The translations under genes were made by a program, and so were the position numbers. The notes under the pieces are model-generated. The model saw only the letters and a program-made list of their open reading frames with translations. It was not told the origin of the DNA and searched no databases. Source: an uncultured Acidobacteriota bacterium (lineage in GTDB: Bacteria > Acidobacteriota > Thermoanaerobaculia > UBA5066 > Gp7-AA6). Taken from it: a DNA stretch of 64,000 nucleotides. Shown one piece after another: positions 1-12,540 of this stretch. Within the stretch, counting starts at the first letter, position 1, and every line of letters starts with the position of its first letter. The stretch covers positions 608,001 to 672,000 of the forward strand of contig CAVXTP010000022.1 in NCBI GenBank assembly GCA_963764715.1, in the 5' to 3' direction.

Positions 1-597
1 CTCCTTTCGCGCCGAATCCTTGAGGTGCGCGATGATTTCCGTGTCCACGAGGCCGGGCGCCACGGCGTTGACGGTGATCGCCCGGGGCGCGAGCTCCAGC
101 GCCAGCGCCTTGGTGAACGCGATCAACCCTCCCTTGGCGGCCGAGTAGTTGGCCTGGCCGGCGTGGCCCGAGATCCCGCTGACCGAGACGATGTTGACGA
201 TGCGGCCGGAGGTCTTGTGGAGCATGCCCCGGATGAGCGCCCGCGTCACGCGGAAGGCGCCTTTGAGGTCGACGTCGAGGACGTAGTCCCAGTCCTCTTC
301 CTTCATGAAGGGGAAGAGAGCGTCCTTGATGACGCCGGCGTTGTTGACCAGGATGTCCGTCCCGCCGAAATCGGCGGCGACGCGGTCGGCGAGGGCCGCG
401 ACGTCGTCGGGCTTCCGGACGTCGACCTTCATGGCCACGGCTTCCCCGCCGCCGCGGCGAATCTCGGCCGCGGTCTCCTCGGCGCGGGCGAGGTCCTGGA
501 GGCAGGTCAACACGATGCGGGCGCCCCCCGCCGCGAGCTCCTGCGAGATGGCCTTCCCGATGCCCCGCGAGCCTCCGGTCACGACCGCGGTCTTCAT
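1..597 (-). CDS. fabG: 3-oxoacyl-ACP reductase (SDR), 3' end runs off the window
   Basis: Minus strand reads MKTAVVTGGSRGIGKA...LVNNAG...NYSAAKGG: TGxxxGIG, NNAG and YxxxK motifs; ATG at 597 overlaps the upstream stop. Confidence 0.85.
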   Translation of the reverse strand, partial: MKTAVVTGGSRGIGKAISQELAAGGARIVLTCLQDLARAEETAAEIRRGGGEAVAMKVDVRKPDDVAALADRVAADFGGTDILVNNAGVIKDALFPFMKEEDWDYVLDVDLKGAFRVTRALIRGMLHKTSGRIVNIVSVSGISGHAGQANYSAAKGGLIAFTKALALELAPRAITVNAVAPGLVDTEIIAHLKDSARKE

Positions 598-1529
598 CCG
601 GCCGCGACTATATCCACGGCCGCCCGGATCGACCGCACCGAACCCGCCGGCACGCAGCGGGTCGACCGATCGATCCAGCGCACCATCTTCGACAGCATCT
701 CGCCCGGCCCGGCCTCGAGGAAGAGGCGGTGCGAGCCTGCGACCATCGCCTCGAACGTCTCCTTCCAGAGCGTCGGGAAGCAGAAGGCCGTGCCGAGGAG
801 GCGGCGGACGTCCTCCCCGCCGGCGACGGCGCGGCCCTCCGGGCCGTAGTACGGCACCCGCGGGTCCCGGATGGTCCGCAGAGCCGCGATCCGGGGCGCG
901 ATCGCGTCGGCCACCGGGCGCATCAGCTCGCTGTGAATCGGCCAGCTCATGGTCAGCGGGAGGACCGAGAGCGCCCGCGGGCGGATGCCCTCGATCGCCG
1001 CGGCGACGCCCTCGGCCGAGCCCGTCAGGACGAACTGGGTCGACGCGTTCACGTTGCCGATCCAGACCTGGAGCCCGCGCTCGCGCTGGGCCAGGCACTC
1101 GGCGTCCACGACCTCGCGGCGCGCGCCGATCACTGCCGCCATCCGGCCGCGGATCCCGAGACGCTCGGTTTCCTGCCACACGGCGACGAGCACCTCCAGG
1201 GCCTCCTCGTAGTCGATCGCCCCGGCCGCCACCATCGCGGCGTAGTTGCCGAGGCTGTACCCCGCGGTCGCCGCGGCGGCGACTCCCTGCCGCTCGAGCG
1301 ACCGGGCGGCGAGCGTCGAGACGAGGTACACGCTCGCCTGGGCGGCGAGGTTCTCCCGGAGCGCGTCCTCGGGGCCTTCGAGCATCAGGCGGCGAAGGTC
1401 GCGGCCGCAGCGCTCGGACGTCAGGGCGCAGAGGTCCCGCGCCTCGCGGTCGGCGTCGAGGAAGTCCTGGCCCATGCCGATCCACTCGGAGAGCTGACCC
1501 GGGAAGAGGAAGGCGGCCCGGCCGCTCAT
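594..1529 (-). CDS. fabD: FabD-like acyltransferase with atypical active site
   Basis: MSGRAAFLFPGQ, GYSLG nucleophile elbow, PIHS, FLEAGPG; start at ATG 1529 within the longer track ORF. Confidence 0.8.
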   Translation of the reverse strand: MSGRAAFLFPGQLSEWIGMGQDFLDADREARDLCALTSERCGRDLRRLMLEGPEDALRENLAAQASVYLVSTLAARSLERQGVAAAATAGYSLGNYAAMVAAGAIDYEEALEVLVAVWQETERLGIRGRMAAVIGARREVVDAECLAQRERGLQVWIGNVNASTQFVLTGSAEGVAAAIEGIRPRALSVLPLTMSWPIHSELMRPVADAIAPRIAALRTIRDPRVPYYGPEGRAVAGGEDVRRLLGTAFCFPTLWKETFEAMVAGSHRLFLEAGPGEMLSKMVRWIDRSTRCVPAGSVRSIRAAVDIVAAG

Positions 1530-2401
1530 GCCGGCGCCAGCCCCGCCAGCGCATCCTCGAGCGCGACGCACCGGTCGCCCGCGAGCCAGCGCGAGAACCG
1601 CTCCGGCAGCGTGGCGAGCCCCAGGAAGTGGACCGTCCGCTGGATCGGCGAAAGGCCCGGCATGGGCGGGTGCGCCCGGTCGAACTCCCACGGGTGAAAG
1701 GTGAAGACCGCCGGCTCGCCGCGGTCGCGGGCCGCGCGCTCGGCCTCCGCCAGGCGGCGGACCGGAAGGATGCGGAAGGGCCAGGCGCCCCCGAGCGGCA
1801 GCGGCAGGCCCAGCACCGAGCCCGAGAGCGGCGGGACCTCCGTCAGGGACCAGCCCTCGCCCTCGATCCGGTGGGGCCCGCGGAGGTTCGTCCGGCGGCC
1901 GAGCGGCGGCACGGGCATCATCGAGGCGTCGCAGCGGAAGCCGGCCGCGGCGAGCGCCGGCAGGGCCTCGGACCCCGGATGACGGATCGACCACTCCGCA
2001 GCGCGGTGCGTCTTCGCCCCCGTCCCTCCCGCGGCCTCGATGGCGTCGCGCGCGCGGGAAAGGTCGTCGCGGAACTCGGACGGAGTCATCTCGTCGGCCC
2101 GGCGGTGCGCGTGGCCGTGCACCCCGATCTCGTGGCCGCGCCGCGCCGCCTCGCGCACGAGCTGCGGGTGGCGCTCCGCGATCCAGCCGAGAAAGAAGAT
2201 CGTGGCGCGGTGACGTCCCGCGGCGAGCGCGTCGAAGAGCCAGCCGAGCGTCGTCTCGATGCGGGAGACGTAGCCGTCCCACCGGCGCGGGTCCGAGTAC
2301 TGGTCGTGCCCGCAGACGTGAAACCAGTCCTCGGCGTCGATCGTGAGCACGCGAGGGCCTCGGCCGGCGGAACGGAGCGGCGTAATCGTCGGTTGGGGCA
2401 C
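1526..2401 (-). CDS. Polysaccharide deacetylase (CE4/NodB, DUF3473-type)
   Basis: TIDAEDW, ATIFFLG, HEIGVHGHAH, FTFHPWEFD motifs. Confidence 0.85.
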   Translation of the reverse strand: MPQPTITPLRSAGRGPRVLTIDAEDWFHVCGHDQYSDPRRWDGYVSRIETTLGWLFDALAAGRHRATIFFLGWIAERHPQLVREAARRGHEIGVHGHAHRRADEMTPSEFRDDLSRARDAIEAAGGTGAKTHRAAEWSIRHPGSEALPALAAAGFRCDASMMPVPPLGRRTNLRGPHRIEGEGWSLTEVPPLSGSVLGLPLPLGGAWPFRILPVRRLAEAERAARDRGEPAVFTFHPWEFDRAHPPMPGLSPIQRTVHFLGLATLPERFSRWLAGDRCVALEDALAGLAPA

Positions 2402-2514
2402 GGACTGGCGATTCTAGCGGCTGCCGCGCTTTCCGCCACGGGATGTCGCCATGCGGCCTCCCGCTCCCGTTCGGCGGCGTCGAGCCGCCGCTTCAAGTAA
2501 CCCGCCGCTTCAAG

Positions 2515-3192
2515 CTAGTCCAGCTCGAACACCTTGTAGTAGACCGCCCCCCAGGAAATGATCCAGGTGTCGCGAAACGGCCGGTAGTGCGACGGGCCGC
2601 CGTAGATCGCGCGCACCGGCACGTGGCGGAACCGCTTCAAGTGCGGCGCCGCCTTCAGCAGCATCTCGGTCTCGATGATGTACCCCCGCGCGTTGAGCGC
2701 GAGCCGCCGGAGAAGGTCCGCGGAGACCACGCGATATCCCGACTGGGCGTCCTCGACGTCGAGCCCCGTCATCCGCGACAGAACCTGGCTTCCGATCTCG
2801 TTGGTCCGGTATCGATAGCGCGGGATCGCGTCCGGGTCGGCCATCCGCGAGCCGATCACGAAATCGTCCCCCGCCCGCGCGGCCGCGAGGAGGGCCGGAA
2901 GATCGTCGGGATCATGCTGCCCGTCGGCGTCGACGAACGCAACGTGAGTCGCCGGCGACGCGAGGATCCACTCGAGGCCCGTCCGGATCGCCGCACCCTT
3001 CCCGCCGTTCTGCGGTCGACGCAGGACGTCAGCCCCGGCGGCCGCGGCCGCTTCCGCCGTGCCGTCCGAGGATCCGTCGTCGACGACGACCACGCGGTCG
3101 ACGGCCTCCTTGAGGCCCCGGACCACGGCGCCGACCGTGGCCTCCGCGTTGAACGCGGGCACCAGCGCGAGGGGATCGAAGGCCTTCGGCAC
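2515..3192 (-). CDS. Glycosyltransferase family 2 (DPM1-like)
   Basis: VPAFN, VVDDGSSD, NGGKG, DADGQH, DAQSGYR; GTG at 3192 lies 6 nt after TACCAT. Confidence 0.88.
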   Translation of the reverse strand: MPKAFDPLALVPAFNAEATVGAVVRGLKEAVDRVVVVDDGSSDGTAEAAAAAGADVLRRPQNGGKGAAIRTGLEWILASPATHVAFVDADGQHDPDDLPALLAAARAGDDFVIGSRMADPDAIPRYRYRTNEIGSQVLSRMTGLDVEDAQSGYRVVSADLLRRLALNARGYIIETEMLLKAAPHLKRFRHVPVRAIYGGPSHYRPFRDTWIISWGAVYYKVFELD

Positions 3193-3292
3193 GGGCGGAT
3201 GGTAACGCGACGGAGGCACCCGCTAGGCCCTTTGGGCTCTTCGACATGCGTTGACTCGCTCCGGCCCTTGTGAAAAAGTTGCCACCGCTCCA

Positions 3293-3646
3293 ATGCCTCT
3301 CTCATTCGCTCCGATTCTCATTCTGCTGGGTGTCGCCGCGGGCATGGCGGCCGTCATCCAGATCCTCAACGTCGTCCTCGGCAAGAAGCTGCGGACGAAG
3401 CAGAAGGGCTCGACCTACGAGAGCGGCGTCCCCCTGATCGACTCGTCGCACAAGCGCGTCTCGATCCAGTTCTTCGTCATCGCGATGGTCTTCATCCTGT
3501 TCGACGTCGAAATCGCGTTCATCTACCCCTGGGCGCTCGTGTTCAAGTCGATCGGCTGGCCTCTCTTCCTCGAGATGCTGGCCTTCCTCGCCATCCTGGC
3601 GGTCGGATACGCCTACATCTGGAAGAAGGGAGCGTTCGACTGGTGA
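3293..3646 (+). CDS. nuoA: NADH-quinone oxidoreductase subunit A
   Basis: YESG, FILFDVEIAFIYPW, WKKGAFDW. Confidence 0.95.
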   Translation: MPLSFAPILILLGVAAGMAAVIQILNVVLGKKLRTKQKGSTYESGVPLIDSSHKRVSIQFFVIAMVFILFDVEIAFIYPWALVFKSIGWPLFLEMLAFLAILAVGYAYIWKKGAFDW

Positions 3647-4161
3647 GCCACACCCGTTACCGGGTGGAGGCGGCCGGCGAGCCCCGCCCGTTCCCGCCCG
3701 CGGCGCTGGCCCGGATCGAAGGCATCCTGAAGCGTTACCCCACCAAGCAGGCGGCGCTCCTGCCGGTCCTCTGGCTGGCGCAGGAGACGTACGGCTGGAT
3801 CTCGAAGGAGTCGGCCGAGGAGGTGGCGCGGATCCTGGAGCTGCCGGTCTCGCACGTCGACGGCGTCCTGACCTTCTACACGATGTTCAACCTGCGCCCG
3901 ATGGGGAAGAACCTGCTCCAGGTCTGCACCTCGATCTCCTGCCACCTCCTGGGGGCGGAGAGGCTCGTCGAGCGCTGCCGCCGCAAGCTCGGCATCGACC
4001 TCGAGGAGACCAGCAAGGACGGGAAGTTCACTCTGGTCGAAGTCGAGTGCATCGCGGGGTGCGATCGCGCGCCCTCGATGATGGTCAACGACAAGTACTA
4101 CGAGCCGATGGACGAGGCGAAGCTGGATCAGCTCCTCGACCGGCTCGCCCGGGAGTCCTGA
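3643..4161 (+). CDS. nuoE: NADH-quinone oxidoreductase subunit E
   Basis: TFYTMF, CTSISC, ECIAGCDRAP 2Fe-2S ligands. Confidence 0.95.
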   Translation: MSHTRYRVEAAGEPRPFPPAALARIEGILKRYPTKQAALLPVLWLAQETYGWISKESAEEVARILELPVSHVDGVLTFYTMFNLRPMGKNLLQVCTSISCHLLGAERLVERCRRKLGIDLEETSKDGKFTLVEVECIAGCDRAPSMMVNDKYYEPMDEAKLDQLLDRLARES

Positions 4162-4162
4162 C

Positions 4163-5541
<1,379 letters not shown>

Positions 5542-5545
<4 letters not shown>

Positions 5546-7215
5546 GCGCCGAACCGAAGCCTCCTACGCCGCCTCCGCCGGCGTCTCCCGCGAAGGACAC
5601 CTTCACGGTGGTCTTCGACGGCCGGCCCGTCGAGGTGCCGAAGAACCTCAACCTGATCGACGCCGCGAAGCTCGCCGGCGTCGACATTCCCCACTTCTGC
5701 TATCACCCGCGCCTCTCGGTCGTGGGCCAGTGCCGGATGTGCCTCGTCGAGATCGAGGGCATCCCCAAGATCCAGGCCGCGTGCACGACGCCGCTGAAGG
5801 ACGGCCTCTCGGTCAAGACCACGACCGACAAGGTCAAGAGCTCCCGCGCCGCCACGATGGAGTTCCTCCTCATCAACCACCCCCTCGACTGCCCGATCTG
5901 CGACCAGGCCGGCGAGTGCACGCTCCAGGACAACTCCTTCGGCTACGGGCAGCAGCTCTCCAACTACGACGAGCAGAAGCGCCAGTACCCGACCTTCGAT
6001 CGCACGATGATCGGGCCCCACGTCATCGCCGACATGACGCGCTGCATCCAGTGCACGCGCTGCATCCGGTTCACGCACGAGATCGCCGGGACGAGCGAGC
6101 TGACGTTCCTCGACCGCGGCGGCCGCACGCTCGTGTGGACGCACGCGGGCCAGGCCCTCGACAACGACTGGTCCGGGTGCGCCGCGGACGTCTGCCCGGT
6201 CGGCGCCCTGACGACGCGCGAGTTCCGGTTCCGCAGCCGCGTCTGGTACCTGAAGAAGACGCCCTCGGTCTGCCCCGGCTGCAACGTCGGCTGCAACACG
6301 TCGGTCGAATCGAAGGAGGACGTCGTCTACCGCTTCCTCCCGCGCCTGAACCCGAACGTCAACGACTACTGGCTCTGCGACCACGGCCGCTTCCTCTCCG
6401 AGAGCCTCAACGCCCGCGACGTCCACAAGGCGACGCTCCGCGAGGGCAACGCGGTGCAGGAAACGATCGTCCCGGCGGCCGTCGAACGGATCTCGCGCGA
6501 GATCCGAAAGACGGTCGAGTCGGCCGGCCCGCCGGGGCTCTTCTTCCTGGGCTCGGCTCACATCTCCAACGAAGAGAACTTCCTGCTCCGCAAGATCGCC
6601 GACCACCTCGCCTGCCCCAACCGCGACGTCGTCGTCGACGAGTCCCGGGTGCGGAAGATCAAGTCGCAGAAGGAATGGATCGAGGGCGACGAGGCCGCGG
6701 CGAATTTCCGCGGCGCGCGCGACATGGGCCTCTCCCCGGGCCAGGGCGGTTACGGCCTCGAGGCCGTGCTGTCCGGCAAAGCGACGCCCGAGGTGATCGT
6801 GATCGCGGACGCCGACTTCTCGGCGATCGCCGACGATTCCGCGAAGGTCGGCGAGCTCCGCAAGGCGCGGTTCCTGGCCGTCGCGGCCCGCACCTCGAAC
6901 GCCCTGACGCGCGCCGCGGACGTCGTGCTCCCGGCCGCCTCGCTCGCCGAGAAGGAAGGCACCTTCACGAACGTCCAGGGGCGCGTGCAGAAGTTCGAGC
7001 AGGCGTTCCTTCCGAAGCCGCCCGTGCGCGCGCACTGGGAGCTCCTCCTCCAGCTCGCCGTCGCCCTCGGGTACGGGGACCGGAACTGGACTCCGCAGGA
7101 CATCCTCGCCGCGATCGCCCGCGAGGTGCCGGCCTACGCGGGGATCGACCCGAAGGACCTCGAGGGCGGGAAGCTTCTGAAGAAGGGCGACTTCGTCTGG
7201 GCGGGGACCCTGTGA
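5542..7215 (+). CDS. nuoG: NADH-quinone oxidoreductase subunit G (short, 557 aa)
   Basis: IPHFCYH, CRMCLVE, HPLDCPICDQAGEC, RCIQCTRC, CPGCNVGC, EKEGTFTN. Confidence 0.92.
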
Positions 7216-8252
7216 CGGCCGTCGACTGGCTGATCGTCACGCTGCGCGTCGCCCTGCCGGCGCTCATCTTCCCGGTCCTCGTCATTCCTCTGACCTGGAT
7301 CGAGCGCCGCGGCGCCGCTTTCATCCAGGACCGGCTCGGCCCCAACCGCGTCGGCCCCTTCGGCCTCTTCCAGGCCGTGGCCGACATGGTCAAGATGTTC
7401 ACCAAGGAGGCCGTCACGCCGGCCGCGGCGGACAGGCCCCTGTTTCTGCTCGCCCCGGTGATCGCGGCCTTCGCCGCGCTCTCGACCTTCGCCGTGGTCC
7501 CGTACGGCGCGACGCTGCCGATCGGCGACCGCCAGATCCCCCTGATCGGCGCGGACGTCTCGATCGGCGTCCTCTACGTCTTCGCGATCACGTCGCTCTC
7601 GGTCTACGCGATCGTTCTCGCGGGCTGGTCGTCGAACAACAAGTTCTCGCTGATGGGCGGCATCCGCTCGAGCGCGCAGATCATTTCCTACGAGCTCGCC
7701 ATGACGACGGCGGCCGCGGGCGTGATCCTCGCCGCGAGCTCCTTCCGCCTGAACGACGTCGTCGCGCTGCAGCAGGGAGTCTGGCTGGGGTTCATCCCCC
7801 GCTGGAACGTCTTCATCCAGCCGCTCGGCTTCCTGATCTTCTTCGTCTCCGCCTTCGCCGAGACGAACAGGCTTCCGTTCGACCTGCCGGAGGCCGAGCC
7901 CGAGCTCGTGGCGGGGTACCACACCGAATACTCGGCGATGCGGTTCGGCGCCTTCCAGATGGCCGAGTACGTCAACGTCGTCGTCGCTTCGGCGATGACC
8001 GTGACCCTCTACCTCGGCGGCTGGTCCCTCCCGGGCTTCACTCCCACGAGCCTCTGGGGCGCCATCGCCTCGATCCTGATCTTCGCCGCCAAGACGGCCG
8101 TTCTCGTCCTGGTCTTCGTCTGGGTCCGCTGGACGCTGCCCCGCTTCCGCTACGACCAGCTCATGCGCCTCGGCTGGAAGGCCCTCCTGCCGCTCGCCCT
8201 CCTGAACCTCTTCTGGGTGGCGGCGGTCGAGATGTGGAGGATCGGCCGGTGA
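7212..8252 (+). CDS. nuoH: NADH-quinone oxidoreductase subunit H
   Basis: QDRLGPNRVGP, ETNRLPFDLPEAE, LPRFRYDQLM; GTGA overlap with nuoG. Confidence 0.95.
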   Translation: MTAVDWLIVTLRVALPALIFPVLVIPLTWIERRGAAFIQDRLGPNRVGPFGLFQAVADMVKMFTKEAVTPAAADRPLFLLAPVIAAFAALSTFAVVPYGATLPIGDRQIPLIGADVSIGVLYVFAITSLSVYAIVLAGWSSNNKFSLMGGIRSSAQIISYELAMTTAAAGVILAASSFRLNDVVALQQGVWLGFIPRWNVFIQPLGFLIFFVSAFAETNRLPFDLPEAEPELVAGYHTEYSAMRFGAFQMAEYVNVVVASAMTVTLYLGGWSLPGFTPTSLWGAIASILIFAAKTAVLVLVFVWVRWTLPRFRYDQLMRLGWKALLPLALLNLFWVAAVEMWRIGR

Positions 8253-8764
8253 CGGCGGCGCGGATCGTCTTCGACGCGGCGGCGGCGGTCGCGATCCTCT
8301 TCGGCGGCCTCATGGTCGTGACGAAGAACCCGGTGCGGAGCGTCCTGACGCTCGTCGTCGCGTTCTTCGGCCTGGCGGCGTCCTACGTCATGCTGCTGTC
8401 GCCCTTCATCGCGGTGATCCAGGTCATCGTCTACGCCGGGGCGATCCTCGTCCTCTTCCTCTTCGTCCTCATGCTCCTGAACATCGGTCACCGCCCGGGC
8501 GAAGGAAGCCGCCGGCCGATCCAGACCCTTCTCGGGGGGCTCGCCGTCGTCGCATTCGCGTTCCTGCTGCTCGCGACGCTGCGCGGCTCGGGCTCCAACA
8601 TCCCCGGGACCTCCGGCGAGGACCCGACCGCGTTCGCCGACCCGTCCGCCCTGGCCCGCCTCCTGTATTCGGGCTACCTCCTCCACTTCGAGGCGGTCTC
8701 GGTCCTGCTGCTCTCGGCCCTCGTCGGGGCCTTCGTTCTGGCCCGCCGGGAGAAGCGCCCGTGA
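8249..8764 (+). CDS. nuoJ: NADH-quinone oxidoreductase subunit J
   Basis: NPVRS, QVIVYAGAILVLFLFVLML, FEAVSVLLL. Confidence 0.93.
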   Translation: MTAARIVFDAAAAVAILFGGLMVVTKNPVRSVLTLVVAFFGLAASYVMLLSPFIAVIQVIVYAGAILVLFLFVLMLLNIGHRPGEGSRRPIQTLLGGLAVVAFAFLLLATLRGSGSNIPGTSGEDPTAFADPSALARLLYSGYLLHFEAVSVLLLSALVGAFVLARREKRP

Positions 8765-9072
8765 TCGGCACGATCCCCCTCTCCGACGTCCTGCTCGCCT
8801 CGGGCGCGCTGTTCTGCATCGGCATCGCCGGGGCGCTGCTGCGCCGAAACGCCATCCAGATCTTCCTGTCGATCGAGCTCATGATGAACGCGGCGAACCT
8901 GGCCCTCCTCGGCTACGGCGCCGCCATGGGGTCGCGCGAAGGCCAGATCGTCGTCTTCTTCGTCATCGCGATCGCCGCCGCCGAGGCGGCCGTGGGCCTC
9001 GCGATCTTCGTCGCCCTGTTCCGCCACACCGAAACGATCGACGTGAACAAGATCAACCTGCTGAAGTGGTGA
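8761..9072 (+). CDS. nuoK: NADH-quinone oxidoreductase subunit K
   Basis: SIELMMNAANL, AAAEAAVGLA. Confidence 0.95.
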   Translation: MIGTIPLSDVLLASGALFCIGIAGALLRRNAIQIFLSIELMMNAANLALLGYGAAMGSREGQIVVFFVIAIAAAEAAVGLAIFVALFRHTETIDVNKINLLKW

Positions 9073-9082
9073 CGGGAGAGCG

Positions 9083-11023
9083 ATGACCGTTCCCCTGTGG
9101 CTCATCCCGATCATCCCGCTCGCGGGCTTCGCGGTGAACGCGCTCGCCGGGACGCGGCTCGGCAAGTCCTTCGTCTCGGCCGTCGGCGTCGGCGCGGTCG
9201 GCCTGACGACCCTGGCGGCGTACTCGCGCCTCATCCCCTACCTCCGGGGCGATCACGGGGTCGTCCTCGAGACCTACGCAAGCTGGATCGTCTCGGGCAA
9301 CCTGACGCTCGACCTGGCCTTCCGCCTCGATCCCCTCTCGGCCCTGATGCTGTCGTTCGTGACGTTCGTCGGCTTCCTCATCCACGTCTACGCGATCGGG
9401 TACATGCACCACGAGGCGACCGACGCCGGGTATGCGCGCTTCTTCTCCTACCTGAACCTCTTCCTCTTCGCGATGCTCGTCCTCGTTCTGGCCGAGAGCT
9501 ACGCGCTGCTCTTCGTGGGCTGGGAAGGGGTCGGTCTCTGCTCCTACCTTCTCATCGGCTACTACTTCGACAAGGAGTACGCCGCCGCGGCCGGCAAGAA
9601 GGCCTTCGTCGTCAACCGGATCGGCGACTACGGCTTCCTCCTCGGCATGTTCGGCGTCTTCACGGCGTTCGGCTCGCTGAACTTCACCGAGGTCTTCGGC
9701 AAGGCGGCCGCCGACCCGTCCCGCTACGCGCCGGCGCTCTCGCTCATCTGTCTCTGCCTCTTCGTCGGCGCCGTCGGCAAGAGCGCCCAGTTCCCGCTCT
9801 ACGTCTGGCTGCCGGACGCCATGGCCGGCCCGACGCCCGTGTCCGCGCTCATCCACGCGGCCACGATGGTCACGGCGGGCGTCTACATGATCGCCCGCTC
9901 GAACGTGCTCTTCCGGCTGGCGCCGGACACGATGCTCGTCGTCGCCGTCATCGGCTGCTTCACCGCGATCTTCGCGGCCGTGATCGCGCTCGCCCAGAAC
10001 GACCTGAAGAAGGTGCTCGCCTACTCGACGATGTCGCAGCTCGGCTACATGGTCCTCGCCTGCGGCGTGGGGGCCTTCACCGTCGGCATGTTCCACGTCA
10101 TGACGCACGCCTTCTTCAAGGCCTGCCTCTTCCTCGGCGCCGGGTCCGTCATGCACGCGATGAGCGGCGACCTCGACATCCGGCACATGGGCGGCCTGAA
10201 GTCCCGGCTGCCGATCACCTACTGGACCTTCCTGATCTCGACCTTCGCGATCGCAGGCATCCCGCCCTTCGCGGGCTTCTTCTCCAAGGACGCGATCCTC
10301 GCGAGCGCCTTCGAGACGCACCAGCCGCTCGGCAAGGTCTTCTGGTTCGTCGGCCTCCTCACGGCCGGCCTGACGGCCTTCTACATGCTGCGCGCCGTCT
10401 CGATGACCTTCTACGGGAAGTTCCGCGGCACCCACGAGCAGGACCACCACGTGCACGAGTCCCCGACGTCGATGACGCTGCCCCTCGTCGTCCTCGCGAT
10501 CCTGGCGACGGTCGGGGGCTTCGTCGGGCTGCCGGCGGTCTTCGGCGAGAACGCGAACGTCCTCGGCCGTTTCCTCGCGCCGATCATCACGCCCATCGCG
10601 GGCCACGAGGCCGGTCACGAGGCCCTCCCCCACGCCACGGAATGGCTCCTGATGGCCGTCTCGGTCGCCGTCGCGGCGTCGGGCATCTACCTCGGGTGGC
10701 GCTGGTACGCGAAGGACGAGGGCCGGGTCCCGGCCCGGATCGCCGCCGGGATGCCGGGCGTCTACGGCCTGGTCGCCGACAAGTTCCGCGTCGACGAGCT
10801 CTACGACGTCCTCCTCGTCCGCCCGTTCGAGTGGCTCGCGCGGATCCTGTGGAAGGTCGTCGACGTCCTGGTGATCGACGGCATCCTGAACGCTTCCGCG
10901 TTTCTCGTCGAGCTCGCCGGCGATTTCCTGCGCTTCCTGCAGACCGGCAACGTCCGCAACTACGCCCTGAGCTTCCTGCTCGGCCTCGTCGCGCTCCTCG
11001 CGTTCGTCGTGGGGGCCATGTGA
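9083..11023 (+). CDS. nuoL: NADH-quinone oxidoreductase subunit L
   Basis: [48 protein letters not shown]. Confidence 0.96.
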   Translation: MTVPLWLIPIIPLAGFAVNALAGTRLGKSFVSAVGVGAVGLTTLAAYSRLIPYLRGDHGVVLETYASWIVSGNLTLDLAFRLDPLSALMLSFVTFVGFLIHVYAIGYMHHEATDAGYARFFSYLNLFLFAMLVLVLAESYALLFVGWEGVGLCSYLLIGYYFDKEYAAAAGKKAFVVNRIGDYGFLLGMFGVFTAFGSLNFTEVFGKAAADPSRYAPALSLICLCLFVGAVGKSAQFPLYVWLPDAMAGPTPVSALIHAATMVTAGVYMIARSNVLFRLAPDTMLVVAVIGCFTAIFAAVIALAQNDLKKVLAYSTMSQLGYMVLACGVGAFTVGMFHVMTHAFFKACLFLGAGSVMHAMSGDLDIRHMGGLKSRLPITYWTFLISTFAIAGIPPFAGFFSKDAILASAFETHQPLGKVFWFVGLLTAGLTAFYMLRAVSMTFYGKFRGTHEQDHHVHESPTSMTLPLVVLAILATVGGFVGLPAVFGENANVLGRFLAPIITPIAGHEAGHEALPHATEWLLMAVSVAVAASGIYLGWRWYAKDEGRVPARIAAGMPGVYGLVADKFRVDELYDVLLVRPFEWLARILWKVVDVLVIDGILNASAFLVELAGDFLRFLQTGNVRNYALSFLLGLVALLAFVVGAM

Positions 11024-12540
11024 CGGGCCTTCTCGGCGCGCACCTTCTGTCCGTCCTCGTCTTCCTGCCGGCCGCGGGCGCCGCCCTGCTGCTCTTCTTT
11101 CCGCGCTCCATGGAGCGGGAGGCGAAGGTCTTCGCCCTGGTCGTGGCCGCCGCCGACGCCGTCCTGTCGCTGCCGCTCTGGACCCGGTTCGACATCGCCC
11201 AGCGAGGCTTCCAGTTCCGCGAAAAGATCGACTGGATCCCCGCGCTGGGCATCTCGTACTCGGTCGGCATCGACGGGATCTCCCTCCTGATCATTCTCCT
11301 GACGACCATCCTGACGCCGGTGGCCCTCCTCTTCTCGCTCACCCACGTCGAGAAGGAGGTCCGGGGCTACTCGATCGCCTTCCTGATGCTCGAGACGGGC
11401 ATGCTCGGGAGCCTCGTCGCGCTCGACCTCGCGCTCTTCTACGTGTTCTGGGAGGTCATGCTCGTCCCGATGTACTTCATCATCGGGATCTGGGGCGGGG
11501 CCCGGCGGATCTACGCGGCCATGAAGTTCTTCCTCTTCACGATGGCGGGAAGCCTCCTGATGTTCCTGGCCATCCTCTTCATCGCCATCCGACACCACGC
11601 GGCCACGGGGACCTGGTCCTTCGCCCTCGAAGACCTCTACCGCCTGACGTTCACGGGCCGCATCGAGGCCCTCCTCTTCGGCGCGTTCGCCCTCGCGTTC
11701 GCGATCAAGGTGCCGGTCTTCCCGCTCCACACCTGGCTGCCCGACGCCCACACCGAGGCGCCGACGGCCGGCTCGATCATCCTCGCGGGAGTCCTGCTGA
11801 AGCTCGGCGTGTACGGCTATCTCCGGTTTGCGCTCCCGCTCTTTCCCGGGGCGGCCGTGCACTACGCCCCGTGGGTCGGCGTTCTCGGCGTCATCGGCGT
11901 CGTATACGGCGCGTTCGTCGCCTATCCCCAGCACGACATGAAGCGCCTGGTGGCCTACTCCTCGGTGTCCCACCTCGGCCTCGTCGTCATGGGGATCGGC
12001 GCCTTCACGACGATGTCGCTCCAGGGCTCGATCCTCCAGATGATCAACCACGGCCTCTCGACCGGCGCGCTCTTCCTTCTCGTGGGCGTGCTCTACGAGC
12101 GCACGCACACGCGCGAGATCTCGGCCTACGGCGGCATCGCGGGCGTCGTCCCGGTGACGACCGCCCTCTTCCTGATCGCGACGCTCTCGTCGATCGGGCT
12201 GCCGGGCCTCAACGGGTTCGTGGGCGAGTTCCTGATCCTGATCGGGACGTGGGCCTCGGCCCACCGCTGGTGGGCGGTGGTCGCCGCGACCGGCGTCATC
12301 CTTTCGGCGATCTACATGCTGTCGCTCGTCCAGCGGGTCTTCTGGAATCCCATGACCCACGAAGAGAACAAGACGTTGAAGGACATCCGGCCGAGCGAGT
12401 TCATCGCGGCGGCGATCCTCGTCGCGCTGATGGTGTGGATCGGCGTGCGGCCCAACGACTTCCTGGACAAGCTCCGAACCTCCGTCGAGTCCCTCCAGGA
12501 GACCGTCGCGTCCAAGCAGATCGCGAGCGCCCGGCCATGA
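11020..12540 (+). CDS. nuoM: NADH-quinone oxidoreductase subunit M
   Basis: [47 protein letters not shown]; GTGA overlap with nuoL. Confidence 0.95.
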   Translation: MTGLLGAHLLSVLVFLPAAGAALLLFFPRSMEREAKVFALVVAAADAVLSLPLWTRFDIAQRGFQFREKIDWIPALGISYSVGIDGISLLIILLTTILTPVALLFSLTHVEKEVRGYSIAFLMLETGMLGSLVALDLALFYVFWEVMLVPMYFIIGIWGGARRIYAAMKFFLFTMAGSLLMFLAILFIAIRHHAATGTWSFALEDLYRLTFTGRIEALLFGAFALAFAIKVPVFPLHTWLPDAHTEAPTAGSIILAGVLLKLGVYGYLRFALPLFPGAAVHYAPWVGVLGVIGVVYGAFVAYPQHDMKRLVAYSSVSHLGLVVMGIGAFTTMSLQGSILQMINHGLSTGALFLLVGVLYERTHTREISAYGGIAGVVPVTTALFLIATLSSIGLPGLNGFVGEFLILIGTWASAHRWWAVVAATGVILSAIYMLSLVQRVFWNPMTHEENKTLKDIRPSEFIAAAILVALMVWIGVRPNDFLDKLRTSVESLQETVASKQIASARP

